DNA of 64,000 nucleotides from assembly GCA_951406725.2 (NCBI GenBank), contig OX597827.1, positions 4,960,001-5,024,000 on the forward strand, read 5' to 3'. Numbering within the stretch: position 1 is the stretch's first letter; each line of letters starts with the position of its first letter. Below, one piece after another: positions 43,445 to 56,424 of the stretch. The notes beneath the pieces are model-generated. The model was given only the letters and a program-made list of their open reading frames with translations. It did no database searches and was not told the DNA's origin. The position numbers and the translations under genes were made by a program. The DNA comes from Octopus vulgaris. Its lineage: Eukaryota.

Positions 43445-43599
43445 GAAATTCTTTTCATATATATATATATGTATATATGAAGAAGCAATTAGGTACCACA
43501 TAAAGGTTGGAATTGTACATGGAGCTGAGTATAAGAACAGCATAGATGAGGAAAAAATCAGAGAATATAAGAATATAGCATAGAATAGAGATGCAATAG

Positions 43600-43990
43600 A
43601 GGTGGCTGACTAAACCTCTATCTAATCAATAACTGGTAAATGACACATAAATGTGAAAAGAAGCTAAATCTGTTTTTCCATTGCTGGTGTAAATGTTTAG
43701 ACTGAAGGCTTTATAATTGCAACACAACTTTAGAAACTACCTCCATAATACAACCGACGAAGTGAGAGAAAATAAATGTCTGATTGTGCTGTGAAGACTA
43801 GAAAACAATTGGACACGTTGTCTCAGGTTGTCCAGTTTTGACCAAGTAAGAAAATGTCCATAGATATGAGTAGTTATTCTCATTAGCAAAATACAAAGAC
43901 AACACAATAACTGGTATGAAGAAATACTTATTAAAATATGACGATGTTCAAATCATACTTCTCTGGGATTTGCATGTGCAAAGGAGAAGA
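43600..43990 (+). mobile_element. Degenerate R4/Dong-like non-LTR retrotransposon, C-terminal zinc-knuckle region
   Basis: Fragments TEGFIIATQ, TIGHVVSGCPVL and IILLWD match the ETEGFxxAxQDQ, ETxxHIxSGCxxLA and xLWD motifs that precede the REL endonuclease. Confidence 0.65.
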
Positions 43991-44022
43991 ATGCTGAGAT
44001 ATTACTGTCAAAGACTGATTAA

Positions 44023-44244
44023 CCCTTTCATTACCATATTTCTGTAGAGATGCTCTGTGTTTCTTTCAATTAATTTTAAAAATAACAAAGAATTTAGTAA
44101 AATAGTGTAGTCATCATTAAGCTAGTGTTAGGAACATAAATTGTGACTAAGGTTTGGTGGAAGATTTTAATTTAGATCTTTTGAAAACAAGACATTTGTA
44201 TTACAGAACCAGAGGTGGTTTCAGGCGGGTTGGTATCAAAAGGG
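44023..44244. mobile_element. piggyBac-type MITE, inverted relative to the 16942 copy
   Basis: TTAA|CCCTTTCATTACC ... GGTATCAAAAGGG|TTAA; the interior is the reverse complement of 16942-17162. Confidence 0.85.
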
Positions 44245-44466
44245 TTAAGGAAGAATATATATGTTTTTATTGATATTTTAGCCCATTTTCATCAGAACAT
44301 TAATTGGCAAGAGGTTGAAAAACATCATCTAAGTATAAGGACAGATTAGAAGAGTGACTAAATCATATTCATAAGAGTAAAATACGGAGTATCCCATATA
44401 ATAATTGTAATGTTAGGAGTAGTTAAAAGGAGTAGACCCCAACATTGGAATTCAGGCATTCTACAG

Positions 44467-44693
44467 CTTTTATTCTTTTATTTGTTTCAGTCATTTGACT
44501 GCAGCTGGACTGGAATACTGCCTTAAAAGGTTCTTTTTAGTCAAAGAAATCAACCCCAGATCTTATTCTTTGTAAGCCTAGTACTTATTCTGTTGGTCTC
44601 TTTTGCTGAATCACTAAGTTACAATGACATAAACACACCAACATTGGTTGCCAAGCGATGGGGGGGGGGGGGGAGGCAAACCCAGGCATAAAG

Positions 44694-44743
<50 letters not shown>

Positions 44744-44900
44744 GAAGGACTTCATTCAGTTTCCATCTACCAAACACACTCACAAGGCTTTGGTTGGCCC
44801 AAGGTTATAGTAGAAGTCACCAAGGTGACATGCAGTGGGAACTACACCCAGAGAGCCATATGGTTGAGTAGTAAGCTTCTTCCTACACAACCATACCTGT
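44467..44900 (-). mobile_element. SINE family A, diverged copy
   Basis: TGTTTCAGTCATTTGACTGC ... CACTCACAAGGCTTTGG ... TGCAGTGGGA blocks are recognisable. Confidence 0.75.
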
Positions 44901-45048
44901 GCTTACTGGTAAATAGAAGAAAAAAAAAACTACATGCAGTAGCCATTTTACATGAAGTTCTCTTTGTAAATGTGTGTAAGCATTTATACATACACACAAC
45001 CTTGATTATAACTGGAGAATATAAGATTTAGCTTGCAGTGCATTAGAA

Positions 45049-45122
<74 letters not shown>

Positions 45123-45259
45123 CTGTTTCAAAATTTGTCATGTGGCCAGCAGATGAAGGTGAAGTCAACCTCGGTGGAATTTGAACTCAAAACATGAGTT
45201 CAAATTCTGCCAAGATCAATTTTACCTTTCATCCTTTTGGGGGTCGATAAAATAATAAT

Positions 45260-45299
<40 letters not shown>

Positions 45300-45311
45300 A
45301 TGATAATAATA

Positions 45312-45366
<55 letters not shown>

Positions 45367-45996
45367 CTGTTTCAAAATTTGTCATGTGGCCAGCAGTTTT
45401 GAAGGAGGATGCTGGCTGGTGCCATTGACATCAGTACTTCACTGGCATTATATTTTATTACCTCTTCCTAGAGGGTGAAAGGTGAAGTTGAATTCAGCAA
45501 GATTTGAACCCAGAATGTAAAGAACCTGAGCAAGCACCACATGGTATTCTTCCAATGGTCTAAAACTTCTGCCAGCTTGCTGTCTTAATAATAATGATGA
45601 CAAACTCTCTTGATGTCCTATGAGTGTTCAGCCTTTTTGCTGAACGACCTGCACAAATGATTTGTTTATAGTAATCAAATGTATGTGCTGTACATTAGCT
45701 CACTCCCTTCGTCAAATCAGTGTTACCTGAACAGGTGCATGATGTATCATATGTCAGGTGCTGAAGTGATTACAGAGCAATGAGGGAGGAAACGTTTTGC
45801 TCAAGAACATGGTGCACGGTCTAGGTACTGACCCTGAAAGGATGAAAGGCAAAGTTGACCTAGGCAGAATTTGAACTCAGAATATAATTTCAGACGAAAT
45901 ACCGCTAAGCATTTCGCTCGGTGTGCTAACGTTTCTGCTGAACTCTGAATATAAAGATGGAATGTCACACAATAATTATTCTACCATCTTGTAACC

Positions 45997-46592
<596 letters not shown>

Positions 46593-48160
46593 TTTCTTTT
46601 ATTTGCTTCAGGAGAATCTGATGAGCAGGGAATATTATGAGGATAATTTACGATTTTTGTGGGGATTAAGATGAAAATATGAGGGGAAGAAAGGGATGGG
46701 AGGATAAAGAGGAGTGATAAATGTATTTGTAGTGTACAAGGTATATGAAATGAAGCTGTCCTCTTGATACAAGATAGCCTCCTCTCACTAGAGTCACTCA
46801 AGGAACCCCACAAATTTAGGATCACCCTGACCACCATGGGTACAAGCCCTAGCCCAACTGTTTCTATCCAGTTTAAAGGGGGCCTGCTTAGAGTAGTTCC
46901 GTTCACCTAGAGCATTCTGCTAGTCACCTGCTTTTTGACTAATTTGCTGTGGAAGAGTTTGTTCTTATACACCCTCCCCAATAAAAGCTCAGCCAAAGAG
47001 GAAAGTGCCTGTCCTCAATACTTTCAACTTTACTGCACAACTTCTTATGCAAAAGCTGCTGGATGGAAGGACTGCTACTTCACCTTATTAAAGGGGAGTA
47101 CTGATGTCATCCTCACAATAAACTTGACCAATAGCCAAATCCGTCTGAGACATGACAATTGCTGTTCAACCTAACTCCATAAGTCAACAATCATTTAACA
47201 TTGGACATTTGAATGCAGTAAGGTTTTGTTACTCTGCATGCATTCTGGATAGTCCTGCTTGGCAGCATTTCAGTGCCTGTAGTGTTGATGTCAGACTGGC
47301 AATGCCCCTTTGTAGCACTGGCAGGCCAAGGATTTCTGAAAATTACCCACAAGTAGTCTGACCTGTGGAATGTGTCCCTTCTACAGGAAGCAGAACAGAT
47401 GCTCTAATTTGACCAAACAGTAACTGGAACAAAGAACAAATAGTCAAGCAGTAAGGTAGGACAGATGTGATGTAAGCATTTGCCACCTCTGCTTGATCTT
47501 TCAGAGATGGCTTCCTCTCAGCTTATTTCTGTTCATAACCCAATCCTAGTTTCTCTCTATGTGGAGGTCTAGATGAAATCAGACCCTGAGTAGTTTAATG
47601 TGTCCATCTGTCCAGCAATCAACAAAACAGTTCGATGCCATAAACTGCTCTCTCTTGGTACTGAGATGGAAGCCCAAAGACTTATCTAGATCTATTTTTG
47701 CTCCTGCTATTGCCTTATATTCATTTAGAATAGAACTGGGTTCTTCCACTTATGTGGTATCTGACACAACCACAACTGTCCCAGCTTGAAAAAGATACTC
47801 CTCAGAGGTTCTAGATTCTACCATACTGGCACAAGAGCCATCAGCAATAGAACAGATGAGAGGGGACAATCCTAACAAGGACATAATTTTGCTGAGAAGG
47901 ATGGAATCAATTGGGTTGGCTTTAGTACATGTTTGGTGCTTATTTTAGTTACCCAGCTGGGATTAAAAGTAAAGTTGATTCTAGTGAGATTTGAGCTCAG
48001 AATGTAGTAAAATATAACTAAATATTGGTAACCATTTTTATGCTTTACTCTTTCTGTTATTCACTCATATCTCTGGAATATTGCAACAGTGTAACTCAAA
48101 CAAAAGTATTTCTAAACAATAACAATGGTGAAAGTCAAAGAAAAGAAAATATATAAAATA

Positions 48161-48331
48161 GGCTCAGGAGTGGCTGTGTGGTAAGTAGCTTGCTAACCGA
48201 CCACATGGTTCCGGGTTCAGTCCCACTGTGTGGCATCTTGGGCAAGTGTCTTCTGCTATAGCCTCGGGCCGACCAATGCCTTGTGAGTGGATTTGGTAGA
48301 CAGAAACTGAAAGAAGCCTGTCGTATATATG

Positions 48332-48384
<53 letters not shown>

Positions 48385-48593
48385 ATATGTTTGTGTGTCT
48401 GTGTTTGTCCCTCTAGCATTGCTTGACAACCAATGCTGGTGTGTTTACGTCCCCGTCACTTAGCGGTTCAGCAAAAGAGACCGATAGAATAAGTACTGGG
48501 CTTACAAAGAATAAGTCGATTTGCTCGTCTAAAGGCGGTGCTCCAGCATGGCCGCAGTCAAATGACTGAAACCAGTAAAAGAGTAAAAGAGTA
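48161..48593 (+). mobile_element. SINE family A, full length
   Basis: Runs from a GGCTCAGGAGTGGCTGTGTGGTAAG head to an (AGTAAAAG)n tail. Confidence 0.9.
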
Positions 48594-49049
48594 TATGAGG
48601 AACATAAAATGGGTGCATATTCTGATACGGCAAAAAGAAACTGCTGTAACACTACACTAACCAATGGGCCTCTAGTTTAGCCCTATGTTAACCCTGCTTC
48701 TGCAGGTTTATGATGAACAGCATTTCATCCATGACCATCCTGAAATTTATCCATAGAGACAGTGTGTCTAAGAATAAATATACCATTTCAAAATGATAAG
48801 ATGTGATTTTCAAGTGCTTTAGTTACTATTTCTGGTTGGCTGAACGACCATGTAGAGGCTCCTTCATTCTCTGAAGCTGATGAGATACACACTAACTTCA
48901 TGCTGAGGTCAACTGAGTCAACAGAACCTATCCTAAAAAAATATTTACCTTTATGTCACAGTTAGTTTGGGAGGAGAGCGAGGGAGGGAGAGAGAAGAGA
49001 AAAGAATGAGAGAGACATAGAGAGCTCTGAATACAAGATTATATTTAGA

Positions 49050-51470
49050 CAGTAATAAATGATTGACTTTAAGTGATATAAGACACATAGCTTTTGGAAA
49101 ACAGAACTAAAAGAAATCAAACAAGTCATCGAATGACACTTAGCTTCAAAGAGATAAAAGAAAAACATTGCACTAAAACCAAAGCATTCCATACCTATAA
49201 ATACATCTGGTCTAATAGAAATAAGAATGATATCTTTTACAAAGCCCAAAGTACAGGAACTATTCGGAAATTAATAAATCTGAAAAACGAACTCAATCAT
49301 AGAAGTAAAAAAAAAAAAAAAAAAAGAAAATGAGATTAAAGAAAATATTAAATTCAAACTCAAAGAAGTAAGGATGACCACAATTAATGATTGATAAGTT
49401 ATTCCCCAGATCCCACTCAAGAATAGGAATAGATAGGCTATAAAACATTCAAACACAGCTCTTCAGTAAATTACTCTGTTCACTTTAAAAGCTATGAACA
49501 TAAATCAAATCAGCATAATCCATTATATAACTACTTTGATATTAAGAGAATATGCAATCTCAGAATGTAAAATAAAAACAAAATAATGACAGATGCAAAG
49601 AAACCAAAATGGAATATTAGAATACTAAATAGAATCAAGAGAGTGAGAAGAGACCTATTTTTATTGCAGAATTGAAAGATCAGAATTCATGCATAGTTAA
49701 CAGAGCAAAAAGGAAAAAGGCTCAGTGAAAGTATTAATAAAACATATCAAAGTTCCAGGAAATCTAAAACAATAGTTACGTGCTAAAGCCTAGAGGATAA
49801 GAATATATTGTGACAGGTAAAACAATAGGCATAAACAAGGCATTTAGAGGAGAACTAACAGTAATCCTAGTGGCAAATAAACTAAGGTAATATAAATGTA
49901 CCATACCTTCCATCAGCAGATTATTTGAAACATTTCTTTGATGTATATTAGAAAGAGAAAAAAATATAACAATCATGCTCAATGGATAGACTTTGTAGAG
50001 ACTAAATAAGGTAAGACACAGGTTAACTTCTTGGATAACAACCTGCCTGAAAATGCCTCTGGCTCTATGATATTAACTACCTATTTTAAATCATCTTCTT
50101 CCATTAAAATTTCCTGCTAATTTATGTTCCAAACACCTGCTTAATAACAACAAAGTTATATTAAGTTCTTCCTTATTTTCAAACTTATTAAAATGAAAGT
50201 TGTGTATTTTAAAAGATATATTGTAACAAAAGTACTAAAATATGAATTAAACTAGGTAGACTTCAACAAAGGATTGAAAGGCAGAGGGAAGAGTCCAAAA
50301 CTTGTAGAATAGAATTTAAATATCTGGTAGTAGAGTTCAACTAAATTATCAAAATCCTTACATCAGATCCAGAGTGACTTTCATTAATGTAGAAATCAGA
50401 AGATACTACAACTCAAAGAATTTCAGACATATTACATTTCTATCTAATGCTTTAAAAATCATGTTCTCAAATAACCACAAACCAGATATACTCATACTTG
50501 GTGAACAATAGCCTCCAACCATTAGAAACAAAAAGGTTGCAGAAGGTCATATGGTTGTAAGGACCAGCTAAAGGTCAATAAAATGTTATTGAATGACTAA
50601 ATGAAAAATAAAAAGAAAGATAAGCACACACAGCATGTGCATATTGCAAAAGAACATATGAGATTGTCTCTAATTACTTGCTTGTTTTAGAGCCATGGTT
50701 CTCTATAAGATACTAGAAAATTAAAGTAAAAGAGAGCAAGAGGAACAAATGGATAACTACATTTGTTCTAAAGAACAAAAATATATGGGTTATCCTCAAA
50801 CCAGATCAGATTTAGGGATGGAATATTCTAGGCACATTCTCTATTACTCATCCTTTTATGTATGGTCGTAGACACCTTAAATGAATTGCTTAATTGTGTA
50901 GTTTTATGAAATCAACTGCCTCCTGTGCATGGATGAAAAAGTTTTGCAGCTAACTAGAGTCCTTGTACCGAACAATTAAAAAAATTCAATGATGGCATCT
51001 AGCCTAGATAAATGTGTTAGAACCACATTCTAAAACGGAAATTTGGCAGAGTTACAGTAGGAAAGCAAGATGGACTGCATCTCTTGTATGTTATTCAACA
51101 ACTTGAACTGCAAGGTGCATATAGGTATATAGAAGTTCAGGTGGAAAACCAAATCAAATATCAAGAAATGAAATCTATTATTAGAAAGGAACTCTGCCAA
51201 AGGATGCAATGAAATATGTGCAATAAGTTAAATGTAAAGAACAAGATTGAAGCCATGAATACAATTGCCATTCTTTCAGTATTGTCCTCTTCAATATTAT
51301 TAGACAATCATGAGGTAAAATAATTTCATACAAAATCTTGAATTCTGCTTATTATGCACAACGCTTGTTACCCAAAAGATTATTTGATGTACTGGATTTA
51401 GGTAAACCTACCAAAAATAGGTAAGGGTTTAGTTCAAACAAAAGTTAGTTTTAAAACAGCTACAGTTTGA
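49050..51470 (+). mobile_element. Highly degenerate R4/Dong-like non-LTR retrotransposon, RT region
   Basis: In order: KPKWNIRILNRIKRVRRDL, NFRHITFL, QKGCRRSYGCKDQL, GIF*AHSL, INCLLCMDE, LDKC, KLNVKNKIEAMNTIAI, LPKIGKGLVQ. These correspond to RPITCL, QKGC..GCKDQL, GIFQGDSL, HLLYMDD and GGRGL. Confidence 0.75.
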
Positions 51471-51799
51471 CAATACATTCATATAAGCTTCTAAAATCAC
51501 CAAGCCATCAGTTAGGCCTCTGGGGTTGCTTGATTTGCTATAAATATCAATCAAATTCTTTCAAGTTTCAAGTGTTGAAAATCAAAGAAAGCAGTAAACA
51601 ATATAGTCTTCAATGTACAAAAAGATAGGTTGGTCAAGACTGCAATGCTTTTAGCTATAAGTCTATGCAATCAGAGATCTGACACTAAGCTTCAATAACC
51701 AGTTCACAAACATAAAGTGTTTGAGTTATATTTTTCCTATAAGATAACAACAAATATATTACATCAGATGTGTTGTATAAAAGGAAAATAATAATAATA

Positions 51800-52410
51800 G
51801 TCCTTTCTACTATAGGTACAAGGCCTGAAATTTTGGGGGAGGGTGCTAATTGACTACATTGGCTCCAGTACTTAACTGATACATTTTTTTTATTGATCTC
51901 AAAAGGATGAAGGGCAAAATCAACCCTCGGTGGAATTTGAACTTAGAACATAAAAATAAATTAAATACTGCTTGCTCAATTATCCTAGTAATTGTTTCTA
52001 ACATAGAAAGAGGGACAGTAATTTTAGTGGGAGAGCAGTTAGTGAATCAAATTGACTTCAATATTTCATGAGTACTTTATTGACCCCAAAGGGATGAATA
52101 GCAAAGTTGACTGTGGAGGGATTTGGACTCAGAACATAAAGAGCTGGAACAAAGAGGTGCAAGGTATTTTGAGCAATGCTCTAATGATTCTGTGAGTTCA
52201 CCATCCTTTGTTTCTAACTTAGGCACAAAGTCAGTAATTACACTGACAGTCCCACCTCTATTCCAGTAAATGAGTGGCACTTTATTTTATCAACCTCAAA
52301 TGGATGAAAATCAAAGGTGACCTCTGTGGGATTTGAACTCAGAATGTAGAGAGTTGAGACAAATACCATGTGGTATTTGGTCTGATGCTCTGATGATTCT
52401 GTTAAGCATT
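51800..52410 (-). mobile_element. Cluster of about three degenerate family B SINE fragments
   Basis: Repeated GGATGAA...AAAGTxGACC...GxATTTGAACTCAGAA blocks. Confidence 0.6.
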
Positions 52411-52871
52411 AAAGTAACAAGCAGATAAAAAGTTTTAAAATAGCTTATAAAATTATAGGATACTGAACAGAGAAATCTGTGAACACAGACTAATGGAGGT
52501 ATCAGACTATTTTGTCTTACATGCCCAAGTTTAAAAAGGAAAGGAGAATTGACAATTTCAGAACAAGGCCAATGCATCAACTCCAAACACTACAAGATGA
52601 CAATCCTAAAAATGAAAATTGATTATATATGATGAGGAAACCTAAAATGCATCTTCTAGATATCAACGTTAATGGTTGAGCTAGAGGAGAGTGTTTTGTT
52701 GATATAACTACATTTTCTGGACTGTAGAAGAGTGGAATGAATAACGAAATAAGGTTGTTTAATTTCAGTCTCTTCTGTTGTTAGACTAAAATATAACAAA
52801 ATAGAAATTGACGCAAAACATGACTGAAGAATGAGTAGGAAATATATTTCTAATAACAGGAGCCTTAAGAG

Positions 52872-52936
<65 letters not shown>

Positions 52937-53047
52937 ACATTCGACTCACTAGAAAGAGCAGCCAAACGTTTTTATTTCTCTTTCTATTTCAGAGTTACAA
53001 CTATTTAGCGGTTTGAGTTTGGCTGCTCTTTCTAGTGAGTCGAATGT
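52937..53047. repeat. Perfect 31-bp inverted repeat with a 49-nt loop
   Basis: ACATTCGACTCACTAGAAAGAGCAGCCAAAC (52937-52967) and its exact reverse complement (53017-53047). Confidence 0.95.
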
Positions 53048-53438
53048 CCTATTATGGCCATTCCTTATATTGTTGAATGTATATTATATAGTCTTTGACT
53101 ATCTTTTCTTTCTCACTAGACCGCTGGTAGTGGAGAATTTTTTCTAGAATTTTTTGCTACCCTTATATTTATTAATATATACACATATATATATATATTT
53201 ATATAGATATGTTAAAAAATCAAAAGAATGCAGAGAAAAATACAAAGCATAGCTAGGTGCAACTGATGGTCTGCACAAGACTTTCTTCATGAAATCAATA
53301 CAGGAAGCACATTAATACAAACAACTTAGCAAGAAGCTCTGATAAATAGAGATGATCTGAAGTTACCTGAAAATAAAAAATAAAAAATGTCCAGGTATAC
53401 ATACAAGCATGTGCAAACAGGATGGTGAAATAACCTAC

Positions 53439-55816
53439 CTGATGTGATCGTTGAGCCATGTTATATGACTGTTTTATAGAAGATGCTCCTTTCAGGCTAT
53501 GAACTGACTTGTATTCGGATTGTGGTTGAGATTTCTGTAATGTTGTTTGAGAATGTCTATGGCCACCATGGTCTGTAACCATTGCTACAGGAACATCATA
53601 CGGATTTCTTTCGTCAAAATATTTGTTTGGGTCATTTATAGCTTCATTGCATCTGATGTTCCTTTGGTTGTTTTTATGAATCATACATACTGCCATAGAA
53701 ATCACAATTGCAACTGATATAATCACAGCTGCTACAACAATGATAACTACTAGATTGATATGTATCTTGTGGTCAGACTTTTTATCAACAGATGTAAACA
53801 TTTTGGCTGTGTTGTTGCTAACAGTCAATATCAAAGACAGTGTTGTTGTCGCAGACAGAATCGGACTACCACTGTCCTTTACGCTAAGCTTCAAGTTGTA
53901 TGATCCAGCATCGTTTTGGTAAACCGTGCGAGAGAACGACAATACTCCTGTGTAATGATTTACTGTGAATAATTCTTTGTTATTGCCACCAATTATTTCA
54001 TATCTAAGGAAAGCATTGACATGACTGTCTCTGTCAGAAGCTCTCAATACTGTCACCTCGTTGTTACTTTGAGGTTGGTAGTGAACATCCAGGCTAAAAG
54101 GGTCAACACTTGGAAAGGTAAAATAGGGAGCATTGTCATTTTTATCCATTACCTCCACAATGACATTTGCTGTATTGTTGAGAGATGGTATTCCATTGTC
54201 TTTTATTAAAACTTGAAATTTATAAATATCCATTTTTTCATGATCAAGTGGCTCTGAAGTTGAAATAAATCCAAAATTCGAAATAACAAAAGGAAGATCA
54301 TGAATTCCTTTACTTAAGAGAAAATATGAAAGTTGACCTCCAGCTCCTAAGTCTGGGTCTGAGGCATTAATAAAACCAACTGGAAAATTTGATTTCTCGT
54401 TTTCATATGTGAGAAATTTGAATGTATCTTTTGTGAATTGTGGCTGTACATCATTGACATCAGTCACTTGAATATTGAACTTTCTTTCAGTTCTGAGAGG
54501 TGGCGATCCTTTGTCCTGACAACTAATCATAAAATCAATATAGCTCTCTGATTCCCTGTCTACAGGGTTTTTAAAACAACTTTGTATTTTTTTCTTCCAA
54601 GCTTTTGAAGCTGTAGTTTATCATGGTTGAGATCACATACCACTTCTCCATTTTGATTGACATCATTGTCACTTACTTTCACATAAGCAATAAAACTATT
54701 GGTTTTGACACCTTCAGAAATTGTTGTTATATTGCCTATTGGCTCAGAGACAAACTTGACATCAAGACTTGGAGCATTATTTTGTCTGTTTATTATGTTC
54801 ACAAGAACCATTGCAGTAGAGCTCAAGGGTATACTTCCTTTATCAATGGCTTCAATAAATAATTTGTATGTTTTTCTCTTTGTGAATGGAAAATTTCTAG
54901 CTAAGAAAATCTTGCCTGATGTTTCATTTAAGTAAAATAATGTTTTTGCAAAATCGGAAGTTTTTGAACTGAAATAGTATGAAACTTTTCCATTTTCACC
55001 CGAATCTAAATCTGTAGCATATACTGTAACAATTGGTGTATATATGTCTTGTCTGTTATTAATGGAGACATTATAAACGTTTTTGGAGAAAACTGGTTGA
55101 TTGTCATTCTCATCAGTGACAGATACATGAATGGTTAAAATACCCTGGTGTGATGGAGTACCATCATCTTTAGCAATCACTTGAAGTGTATAAGTGGAAT
55201 TTATTTCGCGGTCAAGTTTCCTTTGTAAAATGATATCAAGTTTAGAGGTGCCATCAATTTTTTTCTTAACTAACAATATAAATGGATCATTGACATTATT
55301 TTCTAGATGATATGTAATTTGAGAATTTAGAAAACCAACATCTTTATCTGTAGCACTTGGAAGTGTTATCTTCGTACCTTTTCCATCTCTCTCCGAGAAT
55401 TGCATGTCAACTGTTTTAACTGGAAATTCTGGCTGGTGATCGTTAACATCATCAATAATAACTTTTACTTCAATGACCTTCACAAAAGATTCTTTATGCC
55501 GAACAGCTACTTCCACTATTTTGAAACATTCTGTGTTGTATTTACAAAGTGACTCAGCGTCAAGCGTTTGAGAGGTATACATCATTCCATTTTTGCCAAC
55601 CTTAAACATTGGAGCATTTCCACTGAGACTCTCATGAAGTCTGCTGAATGTAATCCTATTTAATTCTTCAGCATGAAAGCTGTTGTAGAGATGTGCATCA
55701 GAAGCTATGTTTCCTACCAGGGTATCAGGATTCTGACCCTCTTTCACATGGTAGGTAATGTCTATACATACTGATGTATTCAACATGATCACTAGTAAAA
55801 ATAGTGTTATTGACAT
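53439..55816 (-). CDS. Protocadherin, main coding exon (signal peptide, EC1-EC6, TM, proximal tail); frameshifted in EC4 as assembled
   Basis: ORFs 54560-55816 and 53295-54530 are two halves of one cadherin. Signal peptide MSITLFLLVIMLNTSVC; linkers DVNDHQPEF, DENDNQPVF, DVNDVQPQF, DKNDNAPYF; LDRE and AxDxG motifs; EC1 C-X5-C (CKYNTEC); TM INLVVIIVVAAVIISVAIVISMAVCMI. Phase-0 donor CAG|GTAGGT after 53439. The length of 2378 nt becomes 793 codons if one base is restored. Confidence 0.95.
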
Positions 55817-55884
55817 GTCTTGAACGTCAAATCTTGCCTGTGCTGTTGTTCTGTCACTGAAGTTAACTCTGAATAATTTTCAAT
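55817..55884 (-). other. 5' UTR part of the main protocadherin exon
   Basis: Acceptor ttattttcaatttcag|ATTG lies 68 nt upstream of the ATG at 55816 and is preceded by a long T-rich tract. Confidence 0.65.
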
Positions 55885-56383
55885 CTGAAATTGAAAATAA
55901 TTAGCTTTGAAATAAATGTAAATAAACAGTAAAAAATAAAAGACACAAAATATAACCAGCAAATAAATAAACACAAAAAAATATATGACGAAATATTTCC
56001 AATCTATCAAATTGAAATGTACTATCTTCTGGAAAATGAATTCTACTAACATTACTCTGTAATTATTAAAGGAATTTAAAACCTATTTCAGCTAACACTC
56101 CATAGGAAACAGAAGAAAAAAAGTAATTATCTTGGGGATGTCTTATAAACATCTCATTTAGTTTGTAAGCTGAAAACAGAAAGAAGCTTAAAGAGAAAGG
56201 AACCTCAAAGTTATTGAGAAGAGATAAAGATTGAATTCTATAAGAGAAGGAAAATGACTTGAATAGAATAATATATGTATCAGTGTATGCATAACTATAG
56301 AGTTATATATATATATATATATACTCACATACACATTTGTACATTTATATACATACATCTTCAATCATACACAGATATTTGCA

Positions 56384-56424
<41 letters not shown>

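Noticed and set aside
46620-47900. Complex sequence that might be a LINE ORF1 or zinc-knuckle relic on the minus strand
   Set aside because: No intact CCHC spacing could be read; it needs a profile search.
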